Positions 46,954-57,572 of a DNA stretch of 64,000 nucleotides are shown in pieces. The notes below the pieces were generated by a model. That model was not told the DNA's origin and did not search any database. It saw nothing but the letters and a program-made list of their open reading frames with translations. The stretch is from a virus: positions 20,306 to 84,305 of the IMG/VR virus record IMGVR_UViG_3300045970_000027. One strand, 5' to 3'. A program made the translations under genes and the position numbers. How positions within the stretch are numbered: position 1 is the stretch's first letter; every line of letters starts with the position of its first letter.

Positions 46954-48447
46954 CTAGGACAGGGTCTGCTGGGTCAACTGGACCTTGATGAACTCAGCCG
47001 GGTACTGGACTGCGACCCCGACCTCGACGTTGACGATCCCGTTTGCGATGTCGGCAGACGAGTTGTTCTCGCCGTCGATCTTGATGTAGTAGGCCTGAGC
47101 CTTCGTGTTTCCACGCAGGCCCCCGGCCGTCCAGTAACCCGTGAGGAAGGAGTCGAGCACCGTCTTCATCTGGTTCCAGAGCAGCAGGTCGTTATTGCGG
47201 AAGACCGCGAACTCAAGGCGGTTCTTCAACTCACGGTCGAGGTACGACAGCGAGCGCCGAATGTTGACGTACCGGGTGGACGCCGTCTGCTTGAGGGTGC
47301 GAGCCCCCATGATGGCCGGTCCGACACCCGACACAAACCGGATGGCGTTGACCGGGGAGACGTCACTGTTGAGCGCGTCGAGTTCGGCAGCCGACAGCGT
47401 GCGCTCCAGAGCGACCACGCCGGGGATGACGGTCTCGATGCCTGCCGGTGCCTTGAAGACACCACGCGATGCGTCGGTGGAAAGGATGCTGCCAGCGACG
47501 GCACCTGACGGCGGTACGAGGCGAATCGCATCACGCGACGCGCTGGTCGAATCGGGGATCCAGAGGTGCGGGTAGTAGACACCCGAGTACGTGCTAGCGG
47601 TCAGCGTGCCCGCGTAGGTCACAGCCGCTGAAGGGATGACCCCAGCCGCCGTGTCGATGACCGCGAAGCCCTTGTTGGTGGTGGCGAACGAGTCGAGTGC
47701 GGACAGCGTCGTGACGTCCACGATGCCGGGGCAGAAGACTACGAACGCGCGGTCGATGGCCGCGAGCAAGGCGAACGGTGTGGTGTAGTCGTCGGCTGCC
47801 GCACCGGTAGCACCAGCAGAGAGCGCGACGACGACGCTGGTGGCTGCCGTGATCGCCAGTGCGGACGATGCGACGTTCCACGTTGCGTTGACGTACTGCG
47901 AGCGGACACCGAGGATGTTCACGACGTCTGCGGAGCCGTACGTGGCGAGGTCGAGGTTCGTGAACGACTCCAGCACGGTGTCGTCACCAGTGTTGGCGGT
48001 AGCCAGACCAGCAGCGATGGTGTCGGCGACACCGGCCTCCTTGAGGACCGTGATGTCGTAGAGGTTGTTCACGTTCTTGACGACCTGCACGCGGAGGCTG
48101 TTGCCGTACGTGCCCTTGCCCTTCGCCGTGAAGGTGATCCAAGTGGTCGCGGTCGACGTCGAGAGGATGCCGGTTGCGGCGACCGCATCCGACTTGACCA
48201 CGCGGGTGACGTACAGTTCTGCGCCACCCGAGCGGAAGAACAGGTTCGCCGAGAAGGTCCCGACGTAGTTCGTGTTCAGGCCACCGAACAACTGGCTGAA
48301 CTGGTACCACGACGTGACGAGCGTCGGGGCGGTCGGACCCTCGGGAAGAGGACCGACGAGAGCGCCAGCAGCACCGGCTGCAGGCTGAGTCGCGACGGGG
48401 GTGTTGAGCACCGACTCCGTAACGTAAACACCGGGGCGAGTTGCCAT
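46954..48447 (-). CDS. tail sheath protein
   Basis: RPGVYV.E, YYP, PPSG.VAG, KAPAG, GARTL, Y.NIRR, PAEFI. Confidence 0.95.
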   Translation of the reverse strand: MATRPGVYVTESVLNTPVATQPAAGAAGALVGPLPEGPTAPTLVTSWYQFSQLFGGLNTNYVGTFSANLFFRSGGAELYVTRVVKSDAVAATGILSTSTATTWITFTAKGKGTYGNSLRVQVVKNVNNLYDITVLKEAGVADTIAAGLATANTGDDTVLESFTNLDLATYGSADVVNILGVRSQYVNATWNVASSALAITAATSVVVALSAGATGAAADDYTTPFALLAAIDRAFVVFCPGIVDVTTLSALDSFATTNKGFAVIDTAAGVIPSAAVTYAGTLTASTYSGVYYPHLWIPDSTSASRDAIRLVPPSGAVAGSILSTDASRGVFKAPAGIETVIPGVVALERTLSAAELDALNSDVSPVNAIRFVSGVGPAIMGARTLKQTASTRYVNIRRSLSYLDRELKNRLEFAVFRNNDLLLWNQMKTVLDSFLTGYWTAGGLRGNTKAQAYYIKIDGENNSSADIANGIVNVEVGVAVQYPAEFIKVQLTQQTLS

Positions 48448-48491
48448 GGGGTTTCTCCTTTTGAGGTTAGTTGACTAGGGGGTCCGAGTTG

Positions 48492-49160
48492 TTACGGGAA
48501 GGTGATGGTTGAGATGAGGTCCGGACTTGTGAGCGTCGTGGGGTAGTACGCGTTCTCAGTGATGTGGACCCGAGCCACCGTGTAGAAGTAGCGGGCGACG
48601 TACGGCTGGGTGATCTCGCTGGAGACGCGGATAGTGAACATATTCATGAAGAGCCGCTTGCCAGACTCGATGGTGTCCCGCTTCGCGACACTGAGCATGT
48701 CGAGCCTGCGGACGGTGCAGTCGGCGGTGACGGTCGCCCCTACTGTCGTCTCCCGTTCGTGGACGACCAGCGAGCCGTACCGGAGGGGTAGCCGGGTCCC
48801 CAGAGTCTGGGCGAGGATCTGCCGGTCGTGGCGCGGGTTGCGTGCGTAGGTCGTCACCTGATAGTCGAGGTTGACGGGGATCGGGGACGGCATCTTCCAG
48901 TTGTTGGCCAGAAGCGGGATGTCCGCGTCGTAGTACCACGGACGCACACCGTGGCTGACCATGACGCGGTCCTTCGCCTCGGTCACGTCGATGAGGTCGA
49001 TGGTGACGTACGGGTACGTCTGGGCCGTGATCTCCATGTCGGGCTGGCCGTACCAGACCCCAACTGCACGTCCAGCGTTCTGGTTGTCGGTGACGGACAT
49101 CCCCTTGAGGAGTTCGTGCAAGGCCTCGTCTTCTGCGACGATGAAGTCGGTATCCTTCAC
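48492..49160 (-). CDS. tail terminator/neck protein
   Basis: YPYVTID, P.NLDYQVT.Y.R.PRHDRQ; precedes the sheath. Confidence 0.65.
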   Translation of the reverse strand: MKDTDFIVAEDEALHELLKGMSVTDNQNAGRAVGVWYGQPDMEITAQTYPYVTIDLIDVTEAKDRVMVSHGVRPWYYDADIPLLANNWKMPSPIPVNLDYQVTTYARNPRHDRQILAQTLGTRLPLRYGSLVVHERETTVGATVTADCTVRRLDMLSVAKRDTIESGKRLFMNMFTIRVSSEITQPYVARYFYTVARVHITENAYYPTTLTSPDLISTITFP

Positions 49161-49462
49161 AGGATCCCCCTCGACTTGAGGGCCTGCTCGATGTCAGCCA
49201 GAATGTTGGCCTCGACCTCATCAGTCCGGTTGAGGAACTGGCGAACGGCCGGGGACGGCGACTGCCCGACCTTCCCGTACTCCCAGTCCATAGCGTTCTC
49301 GCCCATGGAGAGTTGGAAGCCGGTATCGGTGGCCTCGTATGACAGCGTCTTGGCGACGCTCGCAGGCCAGCCCGCCTTGCGGGCTGATGTGCGGACTCCC
49401 GTGGTCATGTGGTTGGCGGCCTGACCTACGGCCTCCTTCACCACGCCGATGACGGGGTTCAC
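49157..49462 (-). CDS. neck/tail completion protein
   Basis: GWP, EYG...P.PAVR.F. Confidence 0.55.
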   Translation of the reverse strand: MNPVIGVVKEAVGQAANHMTTGVRTSARKAGWPASVAKTLSYEATDTGFQLSMGENAMDWEYGKVGQSPSPAVRQFLNRTDEVEANILADIEQALKSRGIL

Positions 49463-49644
49463 TTCTTGCCACCCTTGACAGCCTTGTTGACGGTCCACCC
49501 TGCGAGGACGGCGATCAAGGCTGCGCCTGCGGCCTGCTTGCCAGTCAAGGGCTTCGGTCCCCCGAAGTACCCGCGAATGAACGCCTCACGATCCTCGGCG
49601 GCGTCGATCTCAGCCACCTTCTCGTACCAAGGCTTCCATGCCAT
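49459..49644 (-). CDS. small membrane-anchored hypothetical protein
   Basis: MAWKPWYE...hydrophobic C-terminus. Confidence 0.55.
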   Translation of the reverse strand: MAWKPWYEKVAEIDAAEDREAFIRGYFGGPKPLTGKQAAGAALIAVLAGWTVNKAVKGGKK

Positions 49645-49708
49645 GACGGCTCCGCAAGGACGTTCGCAGGGTGACATCTATCGGTCCCGCATGGACCGTG
49701 TCTCTCCC

Positions 49709-49744
49709 AGAGTAGGTTCGGTAGACACCCGCGTCAGGCTCAAC
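49709..49744 (-). promoter_or_regulatory. phage promoter GTTGAGCCTGAC-N18-TACTCT (tail operon)
   Basis: Motif member. Confidence 0.65.
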
Positions 49745-50237
49745 TCTGGTAGATGTCGTTGACCATCTCTTCCGGCTTCACCTGTGTGAGGTCGACCGAG
49801 AGGACGACGTACTCCATCTGGACTTGACCACGCGGGAAGATCCGGTTCGGGACGTAGTACTGCCCTCGGAACATGACGCGGTCCTTGATGTGCTGATCGG
49901 GGTTATCCGTGAGATCGGGGATGTACGCGGTGACGTCGTCGTAGTTGATGAACAGCCTCAGGGTGTCCACCGCGTAGAAGCCACGGTCGTTCTGGTAGAT
50001 CTCATTCTGGAAGACGTACGCGTTGACGACTGGGAGTTCCAGCGGCTTCTTCCAGACTCGGCCGCCTGTGCTAGCGCCGACGTCGTAGATATGGTCGACG
50101 GTCGTGCTGGCCGAACTGTAGAAGTACCAGTAGACCTTCTGCCCGGTCGGGACCTCTAGGTCCTGAGTGATCCCATGGCGAATGGACTTGACCTCAAGTT
50201 CTTGGTCAAACCTTCCGATCACGTTTCTGCCGCGCAT
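49740..50237 (-). CDS. head closure/neck protein
   Basis: IYDVG...GR.W, RGFY.VDTL, PEEMVND; position in the head-tail region. Confidence 0.6.
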   Translation of the reverse strand: MRGRNVIGRFDQELEVKSIRHGITQDLEVPTGQKVYWYFYSSASTTVDHIYDVGASTGGRVWKKPLELPVVNAYVFQNEIYQNDRGFYAVDTLRLFINYDDVTAYIPDLTDNPDQHIKDRVMFRGQYYVPNRIFPRGQVQMEYVVLSVDLTQVKPEEMVNDIYQS

Positions 50238-50252
50238 GAGGCCTCCTGCTCA

Positions 50253-50288
50253 ATGGTCTCTAGCCAGACTGAGAGAGTCTGGTCAAAC
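50253..50288 (-). promoter_or_regulatory. phage promoter GTTTGACCAGAC-N18-GACCAT
   Basis: Motif member. Confidence 0.7.
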
Positions 50289-51152
50289 CTGCAGTTGCCC
50301 TAGGACGGTCGTTCCTATTGACGTCGGCGTAAATGGAATGCCGCAGACGCGTGGATCGCTGTGGTCCCACGCATACCAGTAGATCCGCTTGACGTCGAGC
50401 GCCTTGGCTACCTTGTCGGACCCCTTCATGTACGGCCGGACACTGACGTCGGAGATCTTCCCGCTCATCAGGTTGTAGTTGACCTCGGTACACCAGAGCC
50501 ACTTCTTGGGGGCCTGCAGGATGATCATGAAGTTGCGTACGGCTTGGGTGTGGGCCTTGAACTGCTCGGGTCCGCGACCCGGCTCGGGGTAGGAGTGGTA
50601 CGACAGAACGTCGCACGGCCAGCCTCGGACCTTCAGTGCGTTCCACCACTTGGAGCCACGGACCATCCCACCACTCGACGTCCTAGGCAGGACGGCGGCG
50701 GCGACAACCAACGCCTTCGGGTCGACCTTCTTGATGATGTGGTAGGCCCGCTCTGTCATCTCGGCTAGCACTCCGAATGACGCCGTACCCTCCCAGAAGA
50801 ACTTCGACTGCGGCTCGTTCCAGATCTGGTAGTGCAACTTCCCCTTGTAGCGAGTCACCACCTCGGTGACGAAGTCGTCCCAGTCGGCCAGATTGGAAGG
50901 CTGGCTAGCCGAGCCATCACCGATCCATGGGGCCGACTTGAGCGTGGGGTCCTTGGCCGCCCATGCTGGCGTTCCCGACAGGACGAGAAGCGCCTTAGGG
51001 TACTTCGCCACAAACTGGTCGAGTCGGTCCCAGTCGTAGACACCGGGTGTGGGGTTCAGGTCGCGCCATGCCACCCGGCAGTCCCATAGCCTGACCTGCT
51101 GGGTGGGTGGATCGTCGGTCAGTTCAAGAACGTTCACACCGTGAATGGTCAC
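50283..51152 (-). CDS. clan GH-A glycoside hydrolase (GH39/GH5-like)
   Basis: RLWD...W..L.P..G.YDW..LD, TP.WA, QIWNEP, SYHSY, WCTE. Confidence 0.85.
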   Translation of the reverse strand: MTIHGVNVLELTDDPPTQQVRLWDCRVAWRDLNPTPGVYDWDRLDQFVAKYPKALLVLSGTPAWAAKDPTLKSAPWIGDGSASQPSNLADWDDFVTEVVTRYKGKLHYQIWNEPQSKFFWEGTASFGVLAEMTERAYHIIKKVDPKALVVAAAVLPRTSSGGMVRGSKWWNALKVRGWPCDVLSYHSYPEPGRGPEQFKAHTQAVRNFMIILQAPKKWLWCTEVNYNLMSGKISDVSVRPYMKGSDKVAKALDVKRIYWYAWDHSDPRVCGIPFTPTSIGTTVLGQLQV

Positions 51153-51158
51153 TCGTCT

Positions 51159-51194
51159 AGGGTGACCCAGCCGACATCGAGCGTCAGCGCTAAA
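51159..51194 (-). promoter_or_regulatory. phage promoter TTTAGCGCTGAC-N18-CACCCT, GTG 6 nt downstream
   Basis: Motif member. Confidence 0.7.
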
Positions 51195-54069
51195 TCGGGA
51201 TGGTCCCCCAACTCTCAGTGATCTTTCGGCGACCTGTGGCCAACAGGCTAGACGTAGCAGATAGGGAGACGAAGCCGCCCGAGCCGCCGAGTGCGCCGTC
51301 GGCGGTCATGGTCGCCAGTGCAGTCAGGGCCGCCGACCCTCCGAAGATGACGAGAGGTGTCAGCGTGATGAGGTCGCTGGCACTGGATAGAGCCGACGCG
51401 GCCTGTGTGATCCGGTCGGCTGCAGACCCGAGCACAGTCGTAGACGTCATGGCCGAGGCGACGGTCTGGACCAGTGTGGCGACAGACGCCATGCTGCTCT
51501 GCCCGCTCATGGAGGCGTCGCCGATCCGTACCAGAGTGGCGTCAGCCGCGAGCGATGTTTGAGAACTGAGCGCTGATGTAACTCCAGTTATAACTACGAC
51601 CGCATTGCTAATCAAAGTCGACTGCGAGGTCAGCGCAGAAGATGCCGTGCTGATGTCGACGCCTGTGGCGGTCAGGTTGCTCTGAGCGGTTAGCGGGGCG
51701 GTATTACCGAGGAGGATGCCAGTGGCCGTCGCCGTCAGGCTGCTCTGTCCAGAGAGGGATACCACTCCGAGTTGGACCGCCGAAACGGCCCACGTCGTAG
51801 ACCGCGACGAAGCGACCGTTACCTTGGTTCCTCCAACGTCCCACGTAGTCGACCGCGACGACGTAGTGGTTGTCTTGACCGCCCAAGTTGTTGCGCGCGT
51901 GGAGGCTACCGACGCCTTGGCGTCCCAAGTGGTAGGTCGTGCAGAGGTGGCCGCCGACTTGACTGCCCACGTCGTCGGACGCGCTGCAGCGAGGAAGGCC
52001 TTGGCAGCCCACGTAGTCAGTCGGGAAGAGAGGACCCCCGCGAGGGCGTTCCACGTTGACGACCGGGCAACGGCGACGAGTGAAAGGACCCGCCACGTAG
52101 TCGACCTAGATGACGCGGTGGTGGCCTTGACGTCCCACGTAGTCGGCCGCAGGGAGGAGAGGAAGGCCTTGGTATCCCACGTCGTAGACTTAGCCGACAA
52201 CACTGGGGCGAGGGGGCTGACGACGTCCCACGTAGTCGACCTAGCGGACGTGACGCTGACCACAGCGTCAAGAATGTAGATCCCCGCGCCGTCCTCCATC
52301 TGGAGGTCGCCAGTACCGTCCTCCAGTAGGTAGCCCTCACGCGCAGTCGCAGCAACGTCCCACGTCGTTGACCTCGCCGAACTGACCGGAGCCTTGGTAT
52401 CCCACGTCGTACCGCGAGAGACGGCAACCCCCGCCTTGGTATCCCACGTTGTCGGTCGGACAGAAGAGAGGAACGCGCTGACCGCCCACGTTGTCGGGCG
52501 CACCGATGGTGTAGCAGTCAGGACCCGCCATGTGGTGGGACGTGCCGTCTGGACCCCGAGTTTGTAGTCCCACGTCGAAGAGCGGGTCGAAGTGACAGCC
52601 AACTTCGCATCCCACGTCGTAGACCTCGCTGCCGTGACGGCAGACTTCGTATCCCACGTCGTGAGTCGGGTCGCCGTCGTCGCAGTCTTGACAGCCCACG
52701 TCGTCGCCCGACTGGTGGCTAGTACTGCGGCGACCGCCCACGTTGTCACGCGCGAAGATGCCAGTTGTGCCTTGGAGTCCCAAGTACTCGACCTACTGGA
52801 GGTCAGGGCCGACTTGACCGCCCACGTTGTTGCCCGAGCAGACGCGAGAATCGCCTTCGCGTCCCATGTGGTCAGTCGAGAACTGGCTACAGCAGCCTTC
52901 TGGTCCCACGTCGTGGCACGCGAAGCGGAGACCGGGGTTAGTGCAGCAGTTACCGCGACATCCCACGTAGTCGGCCTAGCCGCAGAGACTGCAGCCTTAG
53001 TAACCCACGTCGTAGGTCGCGCTGTCGTGACAGCAGACTTGACCGCCCATGTTGTCGGCCTAGCAGAACTAGTAGCAGCCTTCGCGTCCCATGTGGTGGC
53101 GCGCGAACTGGCCGTGGACAGGAGTACGCGCCACGTTGTCGGACGTGCCCCGGTGACTCCAGCAAGGACTCGCCACGTCGTCGGTCGCGGGCTGGACAGT
53201 TGGGCCTTAGCGTCCCACGTTGTTGGTCGGGCGACCGCTACCTGTGACTGGGAGTTCCACGTCGTGGAGCGGGAAGAAGCGACGGGGGTTGTTGTAGTGG
53301 TAGCCGCTACATCCCACGTCGTGGCGCGAGTCGACGTGATGGGGGTAAGGCTAGAGAGGACGTTCCATGTAGTGGACCGAGTGGACGTGATACCGGGAGG
53401 GGCAGCGATGATGGAAGGTGACGCGTTTGGGGTTCCCACCCACGATGCCCCGACCGAGGAACCATCGAAGTACGCTCTTGGACTCGGCGTCGCCGTTATT
53501 TGGAACCCGTCGTAGTACGCTATTTCACCCGCCGCCGTGTAGGACGCGGTCGATATCGTGATGGTGACGCTGGTATCGAGACCACTGTTAGCCACTACCG
53601 ACATGCGGGTCCACACACCCGGTGTAATGCTGCTGTTGCCATACGGCGTACCGGTGGTGGCTGACGCCCACTGAATGGTGTACGAGTGCGCCCTCCCCAC
53701 GGTGGAATACACGTACACCGAGAAGTTGTACATCGTATTTGGGGTTAACCCGCTGAAGGTCTCCTGCCATGAGGAAAACCCCGCCGCAGTGTTCGTCTTC
53801 TGGATGGACGTAGTACCTGTGTACGCCACAGTTGATGACACGGATAGGGTCACATTGAAGGAGGTACGCGCGCTGCTGTACGGGGGTGCTGCGGCTAGTG
53901 ACGTCCCTGACGGGTCTGGGTGAAGGTTGGTAAGGACGGCGAGCGCCGCGAGATCCCACGTCGTAGACCTACTGGATGCTACGGGGACAGGGCCAGCGGT
54001 ATCCCACGTCGTGGCGCGGGTGGAGGTGACCTTCGCTTTACCCGGCTTGAGAAGGAGGAGCATACTCAT
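51190..54069 (-). CDS. 959-aa Ser/Thr-rich virion repeat protein
   Basis: About 37 x 14-aa Rx(T/S)TW repeats, CBM-like domain, LLEDG motif, about 9 x 20-aa repeats. Confidence 0.85.
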   Translation of the reverse strand: MSMLLLLKPGKAKVTSTRATTWDTAGPVPVASSRSTTWDLAALAVLTNLHPDPSGTSLAAAPPYSSARTSFNVTLSVSSTVAYTGTTSIQKTNTAAGFSSWQETFSGLTPNTMYNFSVYVYSTVGRAHSYTIQWASATTGTPYGNSSITPGVWTRMSVVANSGLDTSVTITISTASYTAAGEIAYYDGFQITATPSPRAYFDGSSVGASWVGTPNASPSIIAAPPGITSTRSTTWNVLSSLTPITSTRATTWDVAATTTTTPVASSRSTTWNSQSQVAVARPTTWDAKAQLSSPRPTTWRVLAGVTGARPTTWRVLLSTASSRATTWDAKAATSSARPTTWAVKSAVTTARPTTWVTKAAVSAARPTTWDVAVTAALTPVSASRATTWDQKAAVASSRLTTWDAKAILASARATTWAVKSALTSSRSSTWDSKAQLASSRVTTWAVAAVLATSRATTWAVKTATTATRLTTWDTKSAVTAARSTTWDAKLAVTSTRSSTWDYKLGVQTARPTTWRVLTATPSVRPTTWAVSAFLSSVRPTTWDTKAGVAVSRGTTWDTKAPVSSARSTTWDVAATAREGYLLEDGTGDLQMEDGAGIYILDAVVSVTSARSTTWDVVSPLAPVLSAKSTTWDTKAFLSSLRPTTWDVKATTASSRSTTWRVLSLVAVARSSTWNALAGVLSSRLTTWAAKAFLAAARPTTWAVKSAATSARPTTWDAKASVASTRATTWAVKTTTTSSRSTTWDVGGTKVTVASSRSTTWAVSAVQLGVVSLSGQSSLTATATGILLGNTAPLTAQSNLTATGVDISTASSALTSQSTLISNAVVVITGVTSALSSQTSLAADATLVRIGDASMSGQSSMASVATLVQTVASAMTSTTVLGSAADRITQAASALSSASDLITLTPLVIFGGSAALTALATMTADGALGGSGGFVSLSATSSLLATGRRKITESWGTIPI

Positions 54070-54080
54070 GTGCTACCTCC

Positions 54081-54743
54081 CTAGGGCAGGTACTCTTCCC
54101 AGCGAAGATTGACGAGCCACATGTCGGTGACAGGGTTCTGGGTAGCCAGCGTGTAGTCGAGTCGGACGACGATCCCCTCCAGTGGACGGAGGACGATGTA
54201 CTCCAACTGTGGACCCATGAAGACCATCGTCGGCGGGATGTCGAAGCCAGCGGCCGTGATCATGCGGGGGACGAACTCCCCAGCCACGACAGCACCAGCG
54301 ACGAGGGTCGCCGCGAGAGCGGTAGCCGACGACGTTCCATCAGCCGACGCATCCTGCAGGAGAGTCACACTGGCTGATGTCGCAGTTGCCGTCGAATCCT
54401 CGGCGACCTTCGTCAGGGCGGTGCCGCTCGTCGGAAGTGCGGTCACCTTGTAGAGCCGCAGGACGGGAGGAAGAACGGTGACGGCCTTGATGACGGTAGC
54501 CGTCATGTCGACAGTGATCCGGTTAACTTGCACGACGATGGCCGAACCGGTCGCGTTATGGATCGACGCGAGATTCTGTCCCGCTGTACCAGCCCTGCCG
54601 GGGATGCGGAAGGTGGAGGCCGAGCCGCAGTACCCGTCGTGGTCGCCGACGATGACGAACTGACGGTGATCGCCGTTCGTCACGGTGTACGTGTCGACGT
54701 TAGTACCCGTGCCAGCCGTGATCGGGATAGACGTGTTCGCCAT
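54081..54743 (-). CDS. putative virion beta-sandwich protein
   Basis: Ends WEE; promoter motif at 54770-54805. Confidence 0.65.
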   Translation of the reverse strand: MANTSIPITAGTGTNVDTYTVTNGDHRQFVIVGDHDGYCGSASTFRIPGRAGTAGQNLASIHNATGSAIVVQVNRITVDMTATVIKAVTVLPPVLRLYKVTALPTSGTALTKVAEDSTATATSASVTLLQDASADGTSSATALAATLVAGAVVAGEFVPRMITAAGFDIPPTMVFMGPQLEYIVLRPLEGIVVRLDYTLATQNPVTDMWLVNLRWEEYLP

Positions 54744-54849
54744 GACTCTCCAAGATTGGTCTTAGGTCGATTGTGACGCCCAGCCAGCCTGCGGTCAGGA
54801 CATAGTCAGAGGGGTGCCAGCGGTGAGTGCGACTGATGAGTTATCCATT

Positions 54850-55056
54850 TCACATCACCGTACTTACTTTGTCGATCATCAACTGGATGGCGTTGGCCTT
54901 AGCCGTCTGACCCGCCGTGACTGCTTCGTCGTGGGCGGTCTGCATGGCGGCGATGATCCGCTCACCACGACCGCTGCTGGCAAGGCGAAGACTGTCGCAG
55001 AACGGACAGGTCGTGCGGGTGGACTGCCAGCACTCAGGATCGTGAACGTACGCCAT
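54850..55056 (-). CDS. hypothetical protein
   Basis: AGGAG SD; HDPEC..CPFC. Confidence 0.55.
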   Translation of the reverse strand: MAYVHDPECWQSTRTTCPFCDSLRLASSGRGERIIAAMQTAHDEAVTAGQTAKANAIQLMIDKVSTVM

Positions 55057-55064
55057 GACTTCTC

Positions 55065-55727
55065 CTAGAGGTTGTACTGGGTGAGCAACTGGTGGTAGCG
55101 GTCCATTCCTTCATCGAACAGGTCGTACTCGCGTGCGTTCCTCTCGCGGAACATGGCCTCGGTGTACTCACCTTCTGGGTACTTGGCACCGATGGGCTTG
55201 TCAGGGTTCTCGTTCCAACGATGTCCGTAGGGCTGGTGCGGTAGGAGTTCTTGTAGCAGAGCCTCACTCGTTGTCATCTCATCCGTATGACCTACGAAGT
55301 CGAACTGGCTGGGTGTCATCGTGTCAAAGTGGTAGGCGAGCGCGTGGTTGGGGACCGACCGCTCCAACCAGATGTCCGGGGTCGTGCTCAAGTCTCGGGC
55401 TAAACCAAGGTTGTGCTGGTAATGCGGAGTCCAGACGAAGCGGTTCTTCTTCTCGGGGTCCTCCGCTATCCGCGCTAGTTGGTCTACGTCGAAGTTTGGC
55501 TTCGCGGCCATACGCCGCAGCATGTAGAACATCGACAAGGACGTCTGGTACGGGTTCCGCACCATCGTCAGCCAGATCGAACCTGTGACCGGCTGGACTT
55601 CGGATACTGGGTAGTGCCCACCTCGCAAGACCACTTCGTCGGGGTGGTGATGCTCAAGAATCTCCATGAGTGCCCACAGATGCGTAGTTCCCGTCTTGGG
55701 TACGCGGATCATCACAAGGTTCTTCAT
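55065..55727 (-). CDS. sulfotransferase family protein
   Basis: 5'-PSB IRVPKTGTT; 3'-PB VRNP....SMFY; FDFVG; N...DLF. Confidence 0.8.
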   Translation of the reverse strand: MKNLVMIRVPKTGTTHLWALMEILEHHHPDEVVLRGGHYPVSEVQPVTGSIWLTMVRNPYQTSLSMFYMLRRMAAKPNFDVDQLARIAEDPEKKNRFVWTPHYQHNLGLARDLSTTPDIWLERSVPNHALAYHFDTMTPSQFDFVGHTDEMTTSEALLQELLPHQPYGHRWNENPDKPIGAKYPEGEYTEAMFRERNAREYDLFDEGMDRYHQLLTQYNL

Positions 55728-56659
55728 GAGATTGTGACTCCATTGCTCATCGTCTGAGCGTTGACCCCGCCACCAAGTTCAGGTATATCGTCATACTTAA
55801 CGGTGAGGGTCTTTCCTACAGGACTAGCCAGCCAACCATTACCTGTGAAGACAGACATCGCCCACGTCCCGCTAATGTGGCTAGTCATGTAACCCGTTTT
55901 AACACCGTCGATGTAGGCGTAGAGATTCGCTCCGGCGTAGGTGTTCACGGGGAAGTCAAGGGTGACTGTGGTGAGCCACTCGTCCCACGTTGATTTGTAG
56001 TCCGAACCTATATCTCGCCACGTCCCTACTGCCGATACGACAGTCGGAATAGACGTCGCAATGGGGGAAGTGACGGAAGCGGGGGAGCCGGTCCCCGCCT
56101 CCGTGATAAGGCGTGCCGTGTACGTGTAGGCGATGGGGGTGGGGAGGGTGAACGACCCCCCGGTGAAACTCTGCCAGAGCACGGTGTCGCGGTAAACGTC
56201 GATACGGATAAGGGGAAGTCCATAGGTGTTGATGACGGGAGTCCACGTCTTCGTGCCCGTCCCGGTGGAAGTTGTAGCGGTCCCCGTCCATCCGGCGGGG
56301 TAGAGAGCGAAGCGGGTTCCTGTCACTAGTGGTGACCATTCCGACCACCCGATTGTGTTGCGACACCGGACTTTCGCGTTAGCCCCCGTCTGCCAGCCGG
56401 GAACCGTGTACACCGGAGAACTCGCGAGGGTAGTGAAGTTGAGGAACACGGACGCGACTTCATATTCCAGTATTGCTGACCCACCCGTATTCGCTGGTGG
56501 TGAGAACGTCCAGTCCGAGTAGTAGGTGGTGTTGTCGTACCCCCACTTCGTGACACCTCCCGTCAACCAGTCCCTCGTCCACGCGAATGACGGGTAGCCG
56601 GGAACAGTAGGCCCACCAGCAGCGGCCTGCACCATGAACGGATTAGTCAGGACTGGCAT
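55724..56659 (-). CDS. FN3-domain virion protein
   Basis: PPANTGGSAILEYEV...VRCRNTIGWSEWS. Confidence 0.7.
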   Translation of the reverse strand: MPVLTNPFMVQAAAGGPTVPGYPSFAWTRDWLTGGVTKWGYDNTTYYSDWTFSPPANTGGSAILEYEVASVFLNFTTLASSPVYTVPGWQTGANAKVRCRNTIGWSEWSPLVTGTRFALYPAGWTGTATTSTGTGTKTWTPVINTYGLPLIRIDVYRDTVLWQSFTGGSFTLPTPIAYTYTARLITEAGTGSPASVTSPIATSIPTVVSAVGTWRDIGSDYKSTWDEWLTTVTLDFPVNTYAGANLYAYIDGVKTGYMTSHISGTWAMSVFTGNGWLASPVGKTLTVKYDDIPELGGGVNAQTMSNGVTIS

Positions 56660-57141
56660 TACGGCACCGTGTAGTACAACGTCACCTTCGCGCCCTTAGC
56701 GCCCGTCCCCGCCACATCAACATCGAACGTGAACTCGGCATCATCACTAATCGCCGTCGTCACCAGAGACGTGGCCGTCGTCGCCGTCGTGCTCGTCTTC
56801 TCCGTCGCGTCCACACTCAACTTGTTCGTCGCGTGAAGGACGCTCGTCCCACCCACGTTGATGTCCACCGTGGGCAGGCCAGCAGACGATGCTGTACTCA
56901 GGGACAGGCGTGGAATGCCGACAAGAGTCATGGCTGACGTAGCACGGGCAGTGACCTTCGCCGTCCCCGTCGTCAACGCCGTCGTCTCATCACTCAGGGC
57001 AATCGTCATCGACTGCACGATGGATCCGACGATCTCTGCTACGGTCGTGCGCTTCGATGTTCCAGTCTGGACGACTGGGACGACCTCAGTACCGGCCAGT
57101 GCAGACGCAGCCGTCAGCATGCTGATCTTCGTGTCAGCCAT
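56659..57141 (-). CDS. short fibre/decoration protein
   Basis: MADTKIS.L..A..L.G.EV.PVVQ.G N-terminus; DVDVAGTGAKGAKVTL head. Confidence 0.7.
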   Translation of the reverse strand: MADTKISMLTAASALAGTEVVPVVQTGTSKRTTVAEIVGSIVQSMTIALSDETTALTTGTAKVTARATSAMTLVGIPRLSLSTASSAGLPTVDINVGGTSVLHATNKLSVDATEKTSTTATTATSLVTTAISDDAEFTFDVDVAGTGAKGAKVTLYYTVP

Positions 57142-57572
57142 CAGACGACCGTCCCTTGGATGACGACGGGGGGAGTGGTAGCGGGGGCGGCTACTACAGG
57201 GGTGACCACAGATGCGACCGCCGCGTTAGCAAGGGTCGTGTCGATAACCGTGATCGGAGTAGTGGAGTTGAGGACACCGGGTGAGATACCTAGGGTCTGG
57301 GCAGCCGTGTCCACTCTGAACTGAGCGGCGACGAGGTCGACCGCTAGCGCAGCCTTCCTCCGCATTACACGGTCTTTGGTATCGAACCCGCGTACGGCTT
57401 CGAAGTCGTGGTGGTCTCGCATCGGTGTGGACGACGCATGCTCTAGGTCGTGTTCGATACCCCGCGACGTAGCCAACTCCACAGTCGGCCACCGCTTGGA
57501 AATGAAACCGCAGTCGTTAGCGCCACACGCAAAGTCGAAGGCGAGAGGCTCGTTGACATTGGGCGACAGCAT
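57141..57572 (-). CDS. hypothetical protein (CxxxxC...H..EH)
   Basis: AGGAG SD; promoter motif at 57599-57634. Confidence 0.6.
   Translation of the reverse strand: MLSPNVNEPLAFDFACGANDCGFISKRWPTVELATSRGIEHDLEHASSTPMRDHHDFEAVRGFDTKDRVMRRKAALAVDLVAAQFRVDTAAQTLGISPGVLNSTTPITVIDTTLANAAVASVVTPVVAAPATTPPVVIQGTVV

Noticed and set aside
51200-53515. Long plus-strand ORFs with HVV repeats
   Set aside because: Antisense shadows of the TTW repeat gene
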